Shown here piece by piece: positions 1 to 11,504 of a DNA stretch of 64,000 bases. How positions within the stretch are numbered: the stretch's first letter is position 1; the number at the start of each line of letters is the position of its first letter. Where the stretch lies: positions 1,024,001-1,088,000 of the forward strand of contig OZ242186.1 of NCBI GenBank assembly GCA_965205675.1. The letters run 5' to 3'. The notes beneath the pieces are model-generated. The model had not been told where the DNA came from. It saw only the letters and a program-made list of their open reading frames with translations, and made no database searches. The stretch is from Nitrosopumilus sp. GTDB taxonomy: Archaea; Thermoproteota; Nitrososphaeria; Nitrososphaerales; Nitrosopumilaceae. Made by a program: the position numbers and the translations under genes.

Positions 1-96
1 TAACTTCGAATTCTTTTGAACTCATATTATTTTTTCAATATCTTTTGTTTATAATGTTTTCAGCTAAAAATTAATTATGTATAATGTGATTAATGA

Positions 97-546
97 TCAA
101 AATTCTATATAGTCTAGTGCCGAAGCATCACTGATTAATCTTGTATGTTTTGAACCTACAACATATCCATTTTTAATATCTTCTACAGGGATCCATCGGT
201 TTGTAGACGTATAGTGTCTTTTTTCAGCCATCTCTCTTTCTATGGCCTCTATGTCAAATTCAGCTTCTTCCACTTGTTGAGTAGTGAGATGTTTTACAGT
301 TATCATTATTTTTGTAACTTTTACACGATCTCCGAATTTCCATTTAAGGACGGGATTCTCATCGGATACTTCAAGTACTTTGATCTTCATCTGTTTTTTG
401 CCAAACGCATCATGACTGATGAGTATTCTCTCATCGGTAAATTCTTCAAAGCTGATTCGGGAATTCACTTCTGCATCTGAGACTGTTTCAAGTAACGATT
501 CAGTAATTTTATCAGCTGATTCGTCATTAACCTTTTTTTCAGACAT
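97..546 (-). CDS. hypothetical protein (149 aa)
   Basis: Intact ATG-started ORF with natural acidic composition; no recognisable motif. Confidence 0.75.
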   Translation of the reverse strand: MSEKKVNDESADKITESLLETVSDAEVNSRISFEEFTDERILISHDAFGKKQMKIKVLEVSDENPVLKWKFGDRVKVTKIMITVKHLTTQQVEEAEFDIEAIEREMAEKRHYTSTNRWIPVEDIKNGYVVGSKHTRLISDASALDYIEF

Positions 547-675
547 ATCCTTGCTTGCATCTTATCCTTAAAAAATGATTTGAGAACTATTTTGTATTAG
601 GCACCAGTTTCCTGTTCATGGAATAATACAGAATATTCTGATCTAAAGCTTGGGTGATGAAATTAATTGGATCAA

Positions 676-891
676 CTAGTCATGTTGGGAAACACAGCAT
701 AATATTTTGCCTGCATCATCCATTATTGCTACTTGAAGAAACTTCTTGTGCAGGTCAATACCCACAAACATGCCTTTCTTTGGTTTCTTCCTAATCTGTT
801 TGTTTGTAATCTTTTTTGGAGAAGAGTATTTACGAACCTTGGAACTAGATTCATTTTTTATGCTATCTGATTTCCTTGCTTTCTTATTCAC
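676..891 (-). pseudogene. IS110-family transposase N-terminal fragment
   Basis: MFVGIDLHKKFLQVAIMDDAGKIL matches the start of the IS110 DEDD (RuvC-like) domain; truncated immediately after. Confidence 0.75.
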
Positions 892-900
892 ATATAGTTA

Positions 901-966
901 TCACTGATCAGAAAAGATATAGATAAAAAATATTAAAGAAAGTACTTCAAAACTCTAGACAGTTAC
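901..966 (-). mobile_element. isolated left end of the IS66-like element
   Basis: Reverse complement of 8359-8424, including the 24-bp TIR GTAACTGTCTAGAGTTTTGAAGTA. Confidence 0.9.
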
Positions 967-1019
967 CAAAAATAATTATTTTCTAGAATGTGTAACTTGA
1001 GTTACTTTCCCATCTACTG
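967..1019 (+). mobile_element. isolated right end of the ISH3-like element
   Basis: Reverse complement of 51664-51716 (TIR CAGTAGATGGGAAAGTAACTCAA plus transposase 3' end). Confidence 0.9.
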
Positions 1020-1189
1020 AATATCCAAATTGTAATTTTTTTATCTCTTAACATTATTTATTTTCAGTCAGATAATAATGAAGCTCTGTATAACAATCAA
1101 CACAATATTCCTCAAAATCAGTATGATCACAATCATATACTTTCTTTACGTCACTTTCACACTTTACACAAGTTGGCATGGTATGTTAA

Positions 1190-1597
1190 TTAGGATTTTG
1201 CGATTTTGGTGCCACCTAAAGCTAATTGGATTACTGCGGGAACAAACATCATCGCCATCGACGTTATTGGATCTTTATCTGAAGATTCTACGGTAGGACT
1301 GTTTACTAAAACCACAATTCCGCCAATAATGATTAAGATGCCTGAAATAATTATCAGAGCTCCTAATTTTTTTGAAGGTTCTTTTCTAGATATGAAAAAT
1401 GCAATTATTGGCAATATCAATGCAGGTCCGCCAAGACCCATGCCTCTCTGTATATGGTCAAGTGGTAAAAATCCATGATCTTCATTTAAAGACATTGCAA
1501 CTGCTACATCAGCAGCATAAAGTACCAGCAATCCTATTGAAATTCCTGCAAGTATTAGTGAAACAGTTAATGCCATACAGTATTTTTTCCTCCACAA
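1190..1597 (-). CDS. membrane protein, about 4 TM helices (true start may be ATG near 1576)
   Basis: Four hydrophobic segments; directly downstream of purK. Confidence 0.75.
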   Translation of the reverse strand: MWRKKYCMALTVSLILAGISIGLLVLYAADVAVAMSLNEDHGFLPLDHIQRGMGLGGPALILPIIAFFISRKEPSKKLGALIIISGILIIIGGIVVLVNSPTVESSDKDPITSMAMMFVPAVIQLALGGTKIAKS

Positions 1598-1610
1598 TTA
1601 ATAAACCTAG

Positions 1611-2753
1611 TCAGATAGATTGCACTATTGCCTTGTCTTTGAGGGTGTCAAGTTTTTTGATCAACTGATCAATTGATTCATCATTATTTCCAACTAAATT
1701 GAAATGGCCTAGTTTCCTTAGTGGTTTTGAAATTTTCTTACCATACATTTTCAAAAATAAATTATCTTCTGAGATTTCAAGAGGTTTGTATTCGCCTTGA
1801 AATTCTTTTGAACCAAGTATATTGTACATGATTGTGTTATGGATTAGTTTAGTACTTCCCAACTCTAATCCCAAAATTGCTCTTAGATGTTGTTCAAACT
1901 GAGACGTTTCACTTGATTGCAAGGAATGGTGCCCAGAATTATGGACTCGTGGTGCTATCTCATTAATTACTATGGAATCATCTTGTGTAACAAACATTTC
2001 TATTCCAAATGTACCTGCTCCCTTTAGAACCGTCATTGTTTTTTTAGCAATAATTTCTGCTTTTTTGGCCACTTTTTCTGAAACTCTTGCAGGAGCTATT
2101 GTTTCACGAAGAATATTCTCCTCATGAATATTTTCTACTAGAGGATATGTTTTGATCTGACCCCCAGTATTTCTTGATGCAATTACTGAAACCTCCATAT
2201 CAAATGGTACAAATTTTTCTAAAAGAAGGGATTGTCCTTTAAAATAATCGTATGCTTTTTGAATTTCGTCCTCAGAATTTATTTTATAATTTCCTCTTCC
2301 ATCATATGCATCTTTACGTGCTTTTAGCATTGCAGGAATACCGAACTGTTTCAAGCCTTTTTTTACATCTTCTACGTTCTCTATTTTTATAAATTTTGGA
2401 ATTGGAATACTATTTTCATCTAAAAATGATTTTTGTAAAAATTTATCTTGAATAATTTTTAATGTGTCTGGTGATGGATTGATTTCGGCTTTATCTTCCA
2501 CTGATTTTAAAACATCACTATCTCCAGATTCAATTTCGTAGGTGATAATGTCGGATTTGTTTGCCAAATCAATTATGGCATGTTTATCTTTAAAATCCGC
2601 AACAATCTGTGTAGCTCCCACCTGAGATGCAGGACAATTTTCTGTAGGGTCTAAGACGATAATTTCAGATATTTCATCAGGTATTTTTTTAGCAGCTTCT
2701 GCAATCATCATGCCCAATTGTCCCCCTCCAATAATTCCCAGAATCCTTCCCAT
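1611..2753 (-). CDS. purK: N5-carboxyaminoimidazole ribonucleotide synthase
   Basis: GIIGGGQLGMM, AYDGRGN and NEIAPRVHNSGH ATP-grasp motifs; divergent from purE. Confidence 0.97.
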   Translation of the reverse strand: MGRILGIIGGGQLGMMIAEAAKKIPDEISEIIVLDPTENCPASQVGATQIVADFKDKHAIIDLANKSDIITYEIESGDSDVLKSVEDKAEINPSPDTLKIIQDKFLQKSFLDENSIPIPKFIKIENVEDVKKGLKQFGIPAMLKARKDAYDGRGNYKINSEDEIQKAYDYFKGQSLLLEKFVPFDMEVSVIASRNTGGQIKTYPLVENIHEENILRETIAPARVSEKVAKKAEIIAKKTMTVLKGAGTFGIEMFVTQDDSIVINEIAPRVHNSGHHSLQSSETSQFEQHLRAILGLELGSTKLIHNTIMYNILGSKEFQGEYKPLEISEDNLFLKMYGKKISKPLRKLGHFNLVGNNDESIDQLIKKLDTLKDKAIVQSI

Positions 2754-2860
2754 TAGCGAATCGTGTGTTTTTGGATTAAAAATATCTAATGTTACTCTGA
2801 ATAACTTATACCTTCTTTTGTAATAGAATTGTTAATTACTCTCTAGTTTTTTCTATTATT

Positions 2861-3436
2861 ATGGCATATGCTAAAAAACCTCTAGTTGGAATCATTATGG
2901 GATCAAGTTCAGATAGTAGAATTATGCAAGGGGCGGCTGAAATTTTAGATGAATATAAAATCAAACATGAAGATCAGATAGTATCTGCTCACAGAACTCC
3001 TGCAAGATTAGTAGAATATGCAAAACATGCTGAGAAGATGGGATTTAAAATCATAATAGCTGGTGCAGGCGGTGCTGCACATCTGCCTGGTATGATTGCA
3101 TCACATACAACAATCCCTGTAATTGGAGTGCCGATACTAGTATACAATGACAAACATCCAAAAAAGTCCCACACTACAAAATTTTCGGCATTTGGGGGGT
3201 TGGATTCGTTATTATCCATCACCGAAATGCCTTCTGGTTCTCCTGTTGTGGCAGTTGGTGTAAACAAAGCTGAAAATGCAGGAATTTATGCAATAAAGAT
3301 TCTTGCTAGTGAATTTCCAGATTTGAAAGAGGTGCTAAGACAACACAAATCAAGCCAATACAACTCTGTTATGAAAGAATCCGATCAACTCAAAAAAGAA
3401 GGTCTTGCAAAATTTGCCAAAAAAAAATTCAAATAA
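2861..3436 (+). CDS. purE: N5-CAIR mutase
   Basis: VGIIMGSSSD, SAHRTP, AGAGGAAHLPGMIAS motifs. Confidence 0.97.
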   Translation: MAYAKKPLVGIIMGSSSDSRIMQGAAEILDEYKIKHEDQIVSAHRTPARLVEYAKHAEKMGFKIIIAGAGGAAHLPGMIASHTTIPVIGVPILVYNDKHPKKSHTTKFSAFGGLDSLLSITEMPSGSPVVAVGVNKAENAGIYAIKILASEFPDLKEVLRQHKSSQYNSVMKESDQLKKEGLAKFAKKKFK

Positions 3437-3437
3437 T

Positions 3438-4649
3438 TTATGTTAATAATGTAAATTGAATGTTTTTCTTCTTTAATGAACTGATGAGTAACTCTGTTTG
3501 TTCTTTTCCTTGGGTTTCAAGACTTAGAGTGACTTTTGCAAAACCTGCATTAATTTCAGAACTCAATCTATCATGTACTACTTCTACGATATTTGCATTA
3601 GCTAGCGTTATTTCATCAACAATCTCTTTAAAAGTTCCCGGTCTGTCTGGCAATAGAATCAATAATTTTAATAATCTTCCCATTGCTGCAAGACCTTTGT
3701 CTACTATTTGTCCTAATAGATACATGTCTACATTGCCTCCTGCTAAAACGGCTACTACTTTTTTCCTAGGTGAGGGTTTTTTTGAAATCAAATAAGCTAA
3801 ACTTGATGCACCTGCAGGCTCTACGACAAATTTCATTCTCTCCATTAGTAAAAACACTGCTTTTGTAATTTCTGCATCATCGACTAAAACTATATCATCT
3901 ATCAACTCTTTAATTATTTCAAATGTTAATTTTCCTGGAACTTTGACTGAAATACCATCGGCTATAGTGTGTCCTCCTCCGCCACTTGTAATGATGTGCT
4001 CTTGTTTTATTGAATCATGCATGGATGGAAATGATTTTGATTGAACTCCTATGACTTTGATTTTGGGGTTTTTTTCTTTAATTGCAATTAATGTTCCAGC
4101 TGCTAAACCTCCCCCTCCTATTGGAAGATAAATTTCATCCACATCTGGCAAATCCTCTAATATTTCTAATCCTATGACTCCTTGTGCCGCAATTATTTGT
4201 GGATCATCAAATGCATGAATCATGATAGCTCCAGTACTTTGGGCAATCTCTTTAGCTTTGGCAGATGATTCATCATAATTGATGCCTTCCAAAACTACTT
4301 TTGCACCATAGCCTCGTGTAGCTGCAACCTTTGCAGGTGATGCATTTTTTGGCATAACAATAGTGCATGGTATTTTTTCTAAAGAGGATGCAAATGCAAC
4401 CCCTTGTGCATGATTGCCTGCAGATGCTGCAACTACGCCATGTTTTTTTCCTTCATCTGATAATGTTTTTATTTTAAAATATGCTCCTCTGATTTTAAAT
4501 GATCCTGTCTTTTGTCGAAATTCAGCTTTGAGGTAAACCTGAGATCCTGTCAAATCACTAAATGTGGGCGAATGTATCAGAGGTGTCTTTTTAATTTCAT
4601 CCCCTCTTGATGCGTTTGCTTTTTCTATTTCAGCATATGTCGGATTCAT
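3438..4649 (-). CDS. ilvA: threonine ammonia-lyase with C-terminal ACT domain
   Basis: QKTGSFKIRGA PLP lysine, SAGNHAQG, PIGGGGL, ACT domain LPDRPG. Confidence 0.95.
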   Translation of the reverse strand: MNPTYAEIEKANASRGDEIKKTPLIHSPTFSDLTGSQVYLKAEFRQKTGSFKIRGAYFKIKTLSDEGKKHGVVAASAGNHAQGVAFASSLEKIPCTIVMPKNASPAKVAATRGYGAKVVLEGINYDESSAKAKEIAQSTGAIMIHAFDDPQIIAAQGVIGLEILEDLPDVDEIYLPIGGGGLAAGTLIAIKEKNPKIKVIGVQSKSFPSMHDSIKQEHIITSGGGGHTIADGISVKVPGKLTFEIIKELIDDIVLVDDAEITKAVFLLMERMKFVVEPAGASSLAYLISKKPSPRKKVVAVLAGGNVDMYLLGQIVDKGLAAMGRLLKLLILLPDRPGTFKEIVDEITLANANIVEVVHDRLSSEINAGFAKVTLSLETQGKEQTELLISSLKKKNIQFTLLT

Positions 4650-4830
4650 TGGAAATGATGCTATTAGTTTAGTGTATTTTACTGCTTCGACAGAAAAGTT
4701 GTATCTCTAGTCAAATTTCATGCATGAAATTTAAAGAATACCCAAATAGTAAAAAATTCTTGTTCAATGTGTGTTTAGAAGGCTGTCTCTTCCTTTTGAG
4801 ACGTTGTCTCATTTTCCAACTCCTTAGGTT

Positions 4831-5673
4831 TTATTCTATTGTGATAATTGTTTCAAGTTTTGATAGTTGTTTTAAAATATTTTCTTTAACTTGATCAGAC
4901 ATTTTTCTAGGATCAAATACGCCTTCACGATTATTATTTTTAATAAATTCTAAATCCAATGTAAGCAAACATCCTTCTTCACCCCCAACTATTTTTGGGT
5001 CATCAATTAGTACAGATGATGTTTGATATGTTTCAACTAAAAGTGAATCTAACTCTGAAAATAATTTGGTCTTTTTTTCAGACAACTCTTGAAAGTCTAC
5101 TCCTGTATCTTTTTGAATTTCTGTAAATATCTTTTCTCTAAATTCATCATTTTCATAAAACACTTCAAATAATTTCTGATGATCAAAATCTTTGTATCCC
5201 ATATCTTTTAATTTTTTTAAAACAATTTGATCACTATTATCAGAAAGCTGTTCTTGTTTACTTTTAGTTACGTCCACTACTTTTGCTAATTCTTTTTGAC
5301 AATCAATTACTCTTTGATCAGGTTTGTAATATAACAAAACATGAAATTGTAAAGACAGATGACCGGATATCCGATAGTTTCCTTCTTGAATTTCAAATTT
5401 TGTAAAAATTCTTCTAATGTCCTGATTGTTTGTAATAGACACTTTGTGTGTGGACCATTCTTTTAGTGCGCCATTAATTTTTTGAAAATAATCTAAAACT
5501 TGTTTTGGATCAAATGTTTTTTGTTCTGTAATTGTGGAATCACCCATCATTACTTTAACATCGATCATTTGTGTTAAATCAGTCATTTTTGAAAGATATG
5601 TTTTTTGAATTAACTGATTTTTTTCATTTAAAATCTGAATAAAATCATTAGATGATCTGGACCCTAATCTCAC
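4831..5673 (-). CDS. hypothetical protein (280 aa)
   Basis: Long intact ORF within a core block. Confidence 0.8.
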   Translation of the reverse strand: MRLGSRSSNDFIQILNEKNQLIQKTYLSKMTDLTQMIDVKVMMGDSTITEQKTFDPKQVLDYFQKINGALKEWSTHKVSITNNQDIRRIFTKFEIQEGNYRISGHLSLQFHVLLYYKPDQRVIDCQKELAKVVDVTKSKQEQLSDNSDQIVLKKLKDMGYKDFDHQKLFEVFYENDEFREKIFTEIQKDTGVDFQELSEKKTKLFSELDSLLVETYQTSSVLIDDPKIVGGEEGCLLTLDLEFIKNNNREGVFDPRKMSDQVKENILKQLSKLETIITIE

Positions 5674-5731
5674 AGGAAATATTTAACAAATCCTCTCCTT
5701 AAACCTTCATCCTTAAATCCGCATAGTCCAT

Positions 5732-5869
5732 ATGAGCATCATAGGCATGAACTCTTTTACCATAATATGTGAACATTGTAATACAAATATTTCAGAATAT
5801 TATCATAAAGGTTACAAGGGGAGACGAGGCAAATGCCCTAAATGTGGAGTAGATTTTCCCTTAGAATGA
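5732..5869 (+). CDS. CPxCG-type zinc-finger microprotein (45 aa; not in ORF track)
   Basis: Hand translation MSIIGMNSFTIICEHCNTNISEYYHKGYKGRRGKCPKCGVDFPLE; CxxC...CPKCG; ends 10 nt before the cyclase gene. Confidence 0.7.
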   Translation: MSIIGMNSFTIICEHCNTNISEYYHKGYKGRRGKCPKCGVDFPLE

Positions 5870-5879
5870 GGTAATTTAG

Positions 5880-6683
5880 ATGAGTGAAAAAGATACTAAA
5901 ACAAATCAGGATTCAGAAAATACAGATCACACTAACAATGTAGTGGATATGCTGCTAAGTAGAAACCAACAAAAGACATTAGATTCTGAGACCATGATTT
6001 TAGAAACCCAAAAACGTGTTTGGGGCGCATTGAAAAAGGGTTATCAATATTCCGGAGTGATTGATGATTCAGATAAATTTTTGCGAAAAAATGTTTTTTT
6101 AAAATTAGACATGGTTGTATTGTATGTAGATTTAGTGGGTTCTACTACTATGACATTAGAAATGCCTGAAGAAAAAATTGCAATAATTGTAAGTTCATTT
6201 TCACAAGAAATGGCATCCGTGATTAGACAACATCATGGGTATGTACTCAAATTTGTAGGAGATGCTGTAATTGGTTATTTTATTGCAGAAGGGAACGGAT
6301 TACTTGCAGTAGACAATGCAGTTAATTGTGCAAAATCTATGATTTCCATAATCCAAAAAGGTATCAATCCAATTCTTAACCAATACGACTATCCAGATTT
6401 GATGGTAAAAATTGGTGTTGATTTTGGACAAAATATTGTAGTAAGATATGGTGCAGATGTTGAAAATTCTCATGTAGATTTAATGGGACCTGCAATGAAT
6501 ATTGCATCAAAAATTCAAAACATGGCAAAGCCTGATCAAATTTTAATTGGCAACGATGTATTCCAAAGATTACACCCAAGTTCTCAAAAAGACTTTACAC
6601 AAATAGTGTGGAAAAACGGCGAATGGAAATATCGTTCTAGAGCAACGGGTGAAATTTACAATGTGTTTGAATACAAGGAATAA
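5880..6683 (+). CDS. class III adenylate/guanylate cyclase domain protein
   Basis: LYVDLVGST, KFVGDAV, DLMGPAMNIASKIQ motifs. Confidence 0.93.
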   Translation: MSEKDTKTNQDSENTDHTNNVVDMLLSRNQQKTLDSETMILETQKRVWGALKKGYQYSGVIDDSDKFLRKNVFLKLDMVVLYVDLVGSTTMTLEMPEEKIAIIVSSFSQEMASVIRQHHGYVLKFVGDAVIGYFIAEGNGLLAVDNAVNCAKSMISIIQKGINPILNQYDYPDLMVKIGVDFGQNIVVRYGADVENSHVDLMGPAMNIASKIQNMAKPDQILIGNDVFQRLHPSSQKDFTQIVWKNGEWKYRSRATGEIYNVFEYKE

Positions 6684-6697
6684 ATTTTATTTTAAGA

Positions 6698-6844
6698 CTA
6701 TACTGTAAAATTATCTGGGCATTCTACATGTTCATAATGATGTTCTGTGAATTTTTCTTGAACAACATAAATTACAATTTTGTGAAGATCCTTTTCTTGA
6801 ATGTCTTTTTTACATTTCAGACATGACTTTTTCAATTGTTCCAT
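6698..6844 (-). CDS. small CxxC/HxxC zinc-binding protein (48 aa; not in ORF track)
   Basis: Hand translation MEQLKKSCLKCKKDIQEKDLHKIVIYVVQEKFTEHHYEHVECPDNFTV. Confidence 0.65.
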   Translation of the reverse strand: MEQLKKSCLKCKKDIQEKDLHKIVIYVVQEKFTEHHYEHVECPDNFTV

Positions 6845-7233
6845 GTGCATCAACGATCAAAATTACGAATCTATAAGGATCTGCGATCAACTCAAATTGA
6901 GCTATAATGCCTCAAATTTAACTAAAGAGTATATCAAATGACTGGTTTTACTGCACTAAGATCTAGAGTTCTTTTATTTCTGGTTCAAACCCCTCCCTTC
7001 ATGACCAAACAACCAAAGGTAAGATGCATTGTGGGGATTTTTCTTCAGGTTTAACTATCGGATCCTCAACAGGTGGTTTTCTAAGAGGTACTGTTGGTAG
7101 TTGTAATATCAGATTGCAGCAGATCTTTTACAATCTTTAATTTCACTATTACAATAAATTCTAAATTCATTTGTTCATTATGTATTTCTGCTTGAAATTA
7201 CAGTAGCAATCAAGTATTATTTTAGAATACAAT

Positions 7234-8309
7234 AGACCTCTTGCGTAATTACAAACAAAATCTTATCTTTCATTGAATTTAATTTCAAATAATTTCTAAT
7301 CTTATGGAATCACAACAAACTCTTGCTTCCATCTTGTCTTGAAATTTACAATTCCACATACGATGTCACTTATTGCATCATATCTGCACAATCTATTCCT
7401 AAATGTCTCAGAATTAATCCTAAACTTTTTGATTTGAGAGATAATATGTTCTACTTTTATTCGGATTCTTGACTGCATCTTGTTCCATTCCTTTTGATGT
7501 ATGGTCAGTTTTTTTCCTTTCTTTTTCTTGTATGGCAGAATGCTTGTCTGTTCTGGAAAATCTTTTTCCACTCCCAAATACCCAAGGTCATAAAATATCA
7601 TCACATCTTCGGGCAGTTCTGGATGTCTGATTTTCAGTATGGCATAATCATGTTTTTTACCTGGAGAATGTGGGGGTTTGTGGATTATCTCACCTTTCTG
7701 GTTTATGGTGATTTGGTTTTTTATTGTGTGTTTTTTTGCCTGAATAGTGAGTCTTTCTTTTCTTTTTGTTCTGGGGTCTTGGGATTTGCTGCTCTGTCCC
7801 ATCAGTCATTGCAATTAATTCAGGAAAGAACAGTTGGAGTTGCTGTACATCATTTATCTTTTTAGAATCAGAGTATAGTTTTGCAGGAATAGGAACTGTT
7901 TTTCTTACTGCAGGCTCTAAATATCTGATGTTTCTGTAGACGTTGCTCTGGTCTAATCCAAACAGATATCCTGTCAATTCACATGTCAGGTACATCCGAT
8001 AGTAAACAAACAACATTACAAGCTGGTCTTCAAGACTCAAATCAAACTTTCGCCCAGCTCCGATACTTCTTTTTCTCTTTGCTTTGGATAGTCTCTTCTT
8101 TTCTTCTATACGGTGATTCTTTCTGACATCCTTTAGAATCACATCAAACTGTTGCCTAGTCACTCCAGTAAAAGAGAGAAGGGATTTTGGCTTTTTTGAG
8201 AGTTGCTTGTATGTTAACATGAAATGTGTTAAGTTGTTCTTAGCTTTGGATCTTGCTGTGAAGGAATTTGTGTAATATGGTAAAATATGTCTAATTACGC
8301 AAGAGGTCT
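7234..8309 (-). mobile_element. IS5-family (ISL2-like) element; transposase split into 7690-8220 and 7302-7802
   Basis: TIR AGACCTCTTGCGTAATTA at both ends; HTH (GAGRKFDLSLEDQ), DGTEQQIPRP, YSGKK|HTIK, DLGYLG, RIKVEH; frame break in an A7 run near 7731-7737. Confidence 0.92.
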
Positions 8310-8358
8310 ACTAATCTAGGGCATTAAGGTATGTAAAAGATCTGAACAAAGAACAATG

Positions 8359-9748
8359 GTAACTGTCTAGAGTTTTGAAGTACTTTCTTTAATATTTTTT
8401 ATCTATATCTTTTCTGATCAGTGACAAATTACAATATACAATTGTCAGTATATGATGAGCTGGAATATTATCGTAACAGATGTCGCTCGCTGGAGCAAGA
8501 AAACCGTCAGTTACACAGAGAAATTGCAGAACTAAAACAAACAGTGTCTACACTTGTTGCAAGAAATATCAAAGCAAAACCAAACAAGACTGAAACTGCA
8601 AAAAAGAAGAAAACATCAAGACATCCTAGAAAAAGCAGAAGCAGACGGGCACACATTGATGATGCCATTACAGTTGACCAAAAAGAGTGCAACACATGTG
8701 GCAAATCACTCTCAGAACCAACTGATTCATACACCAGAATAGTAGAAGACATCATTCCTGCAAAAGCAGTTGTGACAAAATATACGATAGTTAGACGATA
8801 CTGCACAAACTGCAAAAAACAAATCTCGGGTAACATTCACACTGTACTGTCAAATGAAAGGTTTGGAATTAGGCTCATGGTGCTAATCACATCACTAAAA
8901 ACTATCGGATTATCGTATGGTAAAATATCTCATCTTTTGCAGATGCTCTTCTCACTGCACATTACAGAATCTGCAATTAATCATGCAGTATCAATAGTAT
9001 CAAAAGCATTTGGGAGCAGATATGATACAATGATTGTGGAGTTAAAAGAAGATCTAAACATACATGGTGATGAGACAAGTTGGAGGGTAGATGGCCAGAA
9101 CCACTGGTTGTGGGCATTTGTGAGTAAATGGACTGTAATTTACGAGATTGACAAATCACGTTCAATGGATGTTCCCAAGAGAATTCTCAAGGGATATGAT
9201 GGCAACATTACAAGTGATTCGTACCCTGCATGGAACCATGTTGGAAGCACTCACCAGAAATGTCACATCCATTATCTCAGAGAGGTTAATGATACCATTA
9301 ATCACAAGAATCCCGGACCAGAATTTGCACCATTTGCCAAGAATCTCAAGAAAATAATTTATGACTCTCATGGTGTGGCAAAAATAAAATCAGAATCAGA
9401 AAGAATCCATGCAAAAAAGAATCTTGAAAGGAGAATTAATCACATCATATCAAAAAAATACACAGAGAAAAACTGTATCAGGTTTGTAAAAAGATTGAAA
9501 CGTGAGAGAAAAATGCTTTTTACATTCCTAATTACTGGAACTGATTCACACAATAACACAGCAGAGAGGGCAATCAGACCAAATGTGATAATTCGTAAAA
9601 TTACAAACGGTCATAGAACCATTCATGGTGCTGATTCTCATAAGATACTGATGAGTATAAAGGAGACATGCAGATTACGAGGATTAAACTTTCATGATTA
9701 TTCTTTAGAATATCTTGGAGATTTTACTTCAAAACTCTAGACAGTTAC
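8359..9748 (+). mobile_element. IS66-family element, single-ORF type, copy 1 (1390 bp)
   Basis: Perfect 24-bp TIR; transposase 8421-9740 with coiled coil, CxxC zinc ribbon, HGDETSW, QKCHIHYLRE, NNTAERAIR. Confidence 0.95.
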
Positions 9749-10079
9749 GTTTTCTTCCTTTTGGAGTAATTGTGAATTTAGTGGTAGCATTTCCAGATTG
9801 AGTATGCTGTTCTTGCATTGTTAGAAAATTATCATCTGCGAGGGAGCGGATAAATGTATCAAATCTATCCCAATATGGCCCATAATGATGAGATTTCCAA
9901 TCAATCTCCAATTCATTTTTTGGAAAAATGTTAGTCTGAGATACTAAAAAGAGATATTTTACAAATCTAGTAAATCCGATAATTCCATTTTGAACTCCAA
10001 GTATGAGCATAACAACATCTTTGGGATTCACATTTCCCTCATATGCGTGTAGAGCCATACAGAATATTGTCTTTTTCAA
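9749..10079 (-). pseudogene. winged-helix / SocA-Panacea-like (YwgA/DUF4065-type) protein truncated by IS66
   Basis: GFTRFVKYLFL, WKSHHYGPY, FTITPKGR; final NCLEF residues are read from the IS66 TIR. Confidence 0.55.
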
Positions 10080-10228
10080 AATTAAAAGATATCTATTACA
10101 GAATTATTGATTCCAGACCAAATACTCATAATTTGAAATCCAAAATATTCAGAGTTATCCTATAGTAAAATTTACGATCATTTCGTTGAGTAATTATGAA
10201 GAAAAATGCAACAGGCATATCCATAAGC

Positions 10229-11345
10229 TATAGCGACGATCAAAAGTTCGTGAACATTTTTGCAGGATTTCTAAAGATATAATTTGCAACATCAAGCTTG
10301 AATCTTGTTACTCTAAAATATTTTGACACTGCATCATTCATCGTAAACATTGCATAATAGACGTCTTGCGTAATTATTTCTAGGCGTGAATTTTGCTGCA
10401 GGATTTTTCAAATTGGTTGAGTAATTATTTCTAGGCGTGAATTTTGCTGCAGGATTTTTCAAATTGGTTGAGAAATTTGAATTTTCAGGTATGAATTCTG
10501 TTAAAATACAAAATTTGAGAAAAAATCTCTATAATTACGCAAGAGGTCTAATATTCTGAAACCAACAACGCATACTTGTTTATCTTCCAGCATTGTTCTA
10601 TTATGTTCAAGTACGGTGATCCTTTTGACAACCATATTGGTTTGATATCTCTATTGTTTGCAAGATATTCTTTCACTTTTTTTGATTTGTGAACTGATGC
10701 TCAGTATAGCATGATTGCAATCTTGCCATATTTCCAGTGTAACTCTTTTAGATATTCTACAAATGTTACAGCATTGAATTTATCATGTACTCTAAACAGT
10801 TGACTGTTATTTTCCGTAATTGTTCCATATACTGTCAAACTTTCATGATTCCCCGTAGCTTTTCACAGCAGATACGCTTGCATGATTGATATGATATTTT
10901 TGTGCAGTTTTTGCAGATATCATACTAGTGCATTACCTTTCGGATGTAAGTGATGTGAAATTTTACTCCAGTGGAATAAAAGATACTTTGTTGTAACATC
11001 ACAGGTGTAAACAAAGTTAGCATTGCCTTTGACATTATACAATCCATTTTCTTCTTTGGAATTGTTCTTGGTCTTCCCCTCCTTGGGTGGTCGTAGAGGC
11101 CATCAATTTCAAAACGACTCACCCATTTTCGTACCCAGTTTGTGCAGTGTCTTTGCAGTGTGTTCTATTTCCTTACCATCTTTTAGAATCATCAGAGACT
11201 GCCAAGCATTCTTACTGCAATTTTTGAATTTTTTGATGCTGCTTTCAAGGGATTCTAACTTGTTCATGTATTTTGTTGGGTTAACTGATCAAAAAGTTTT
11301 TTGTTTTGGAATTATTTAGTTTGCGAACTTTGTCTTTTCACTATA
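10229..11345 (-). mobile_element. degenerate IS630-family element type A, with internal deletion and MITE insertion
   Basis: Ends and internal sequence match 42264-43344; TA flanks; multiple frameshifts. Confidence 0.88.
10359..10549. mobile_element. MITE with IS5/ISL2-type TIRs (140-bp unit plus 51-bp internal duplication)
   Basis: AGACGTCTTGCGTAATTA...TAATTACGCAAGAGGTCT; AAT target duplication relative to the empty site cataatattctg at about 42391. Confidence 0.9.
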
Positions 11346-11504
11346 CTAGACGGATGAGGATTCCATGACAATGTTTGCAGAAATTGGAATTTTTGTAAAG
11401 TATGATTTGTTCATCAAGGTTAAATAGAAATTTTCTCAAATGACTATTATGAATGATACAAACTATACCGAAATTACAGGATTGAGTTTTCTATTTTTTG
11501 AGGA

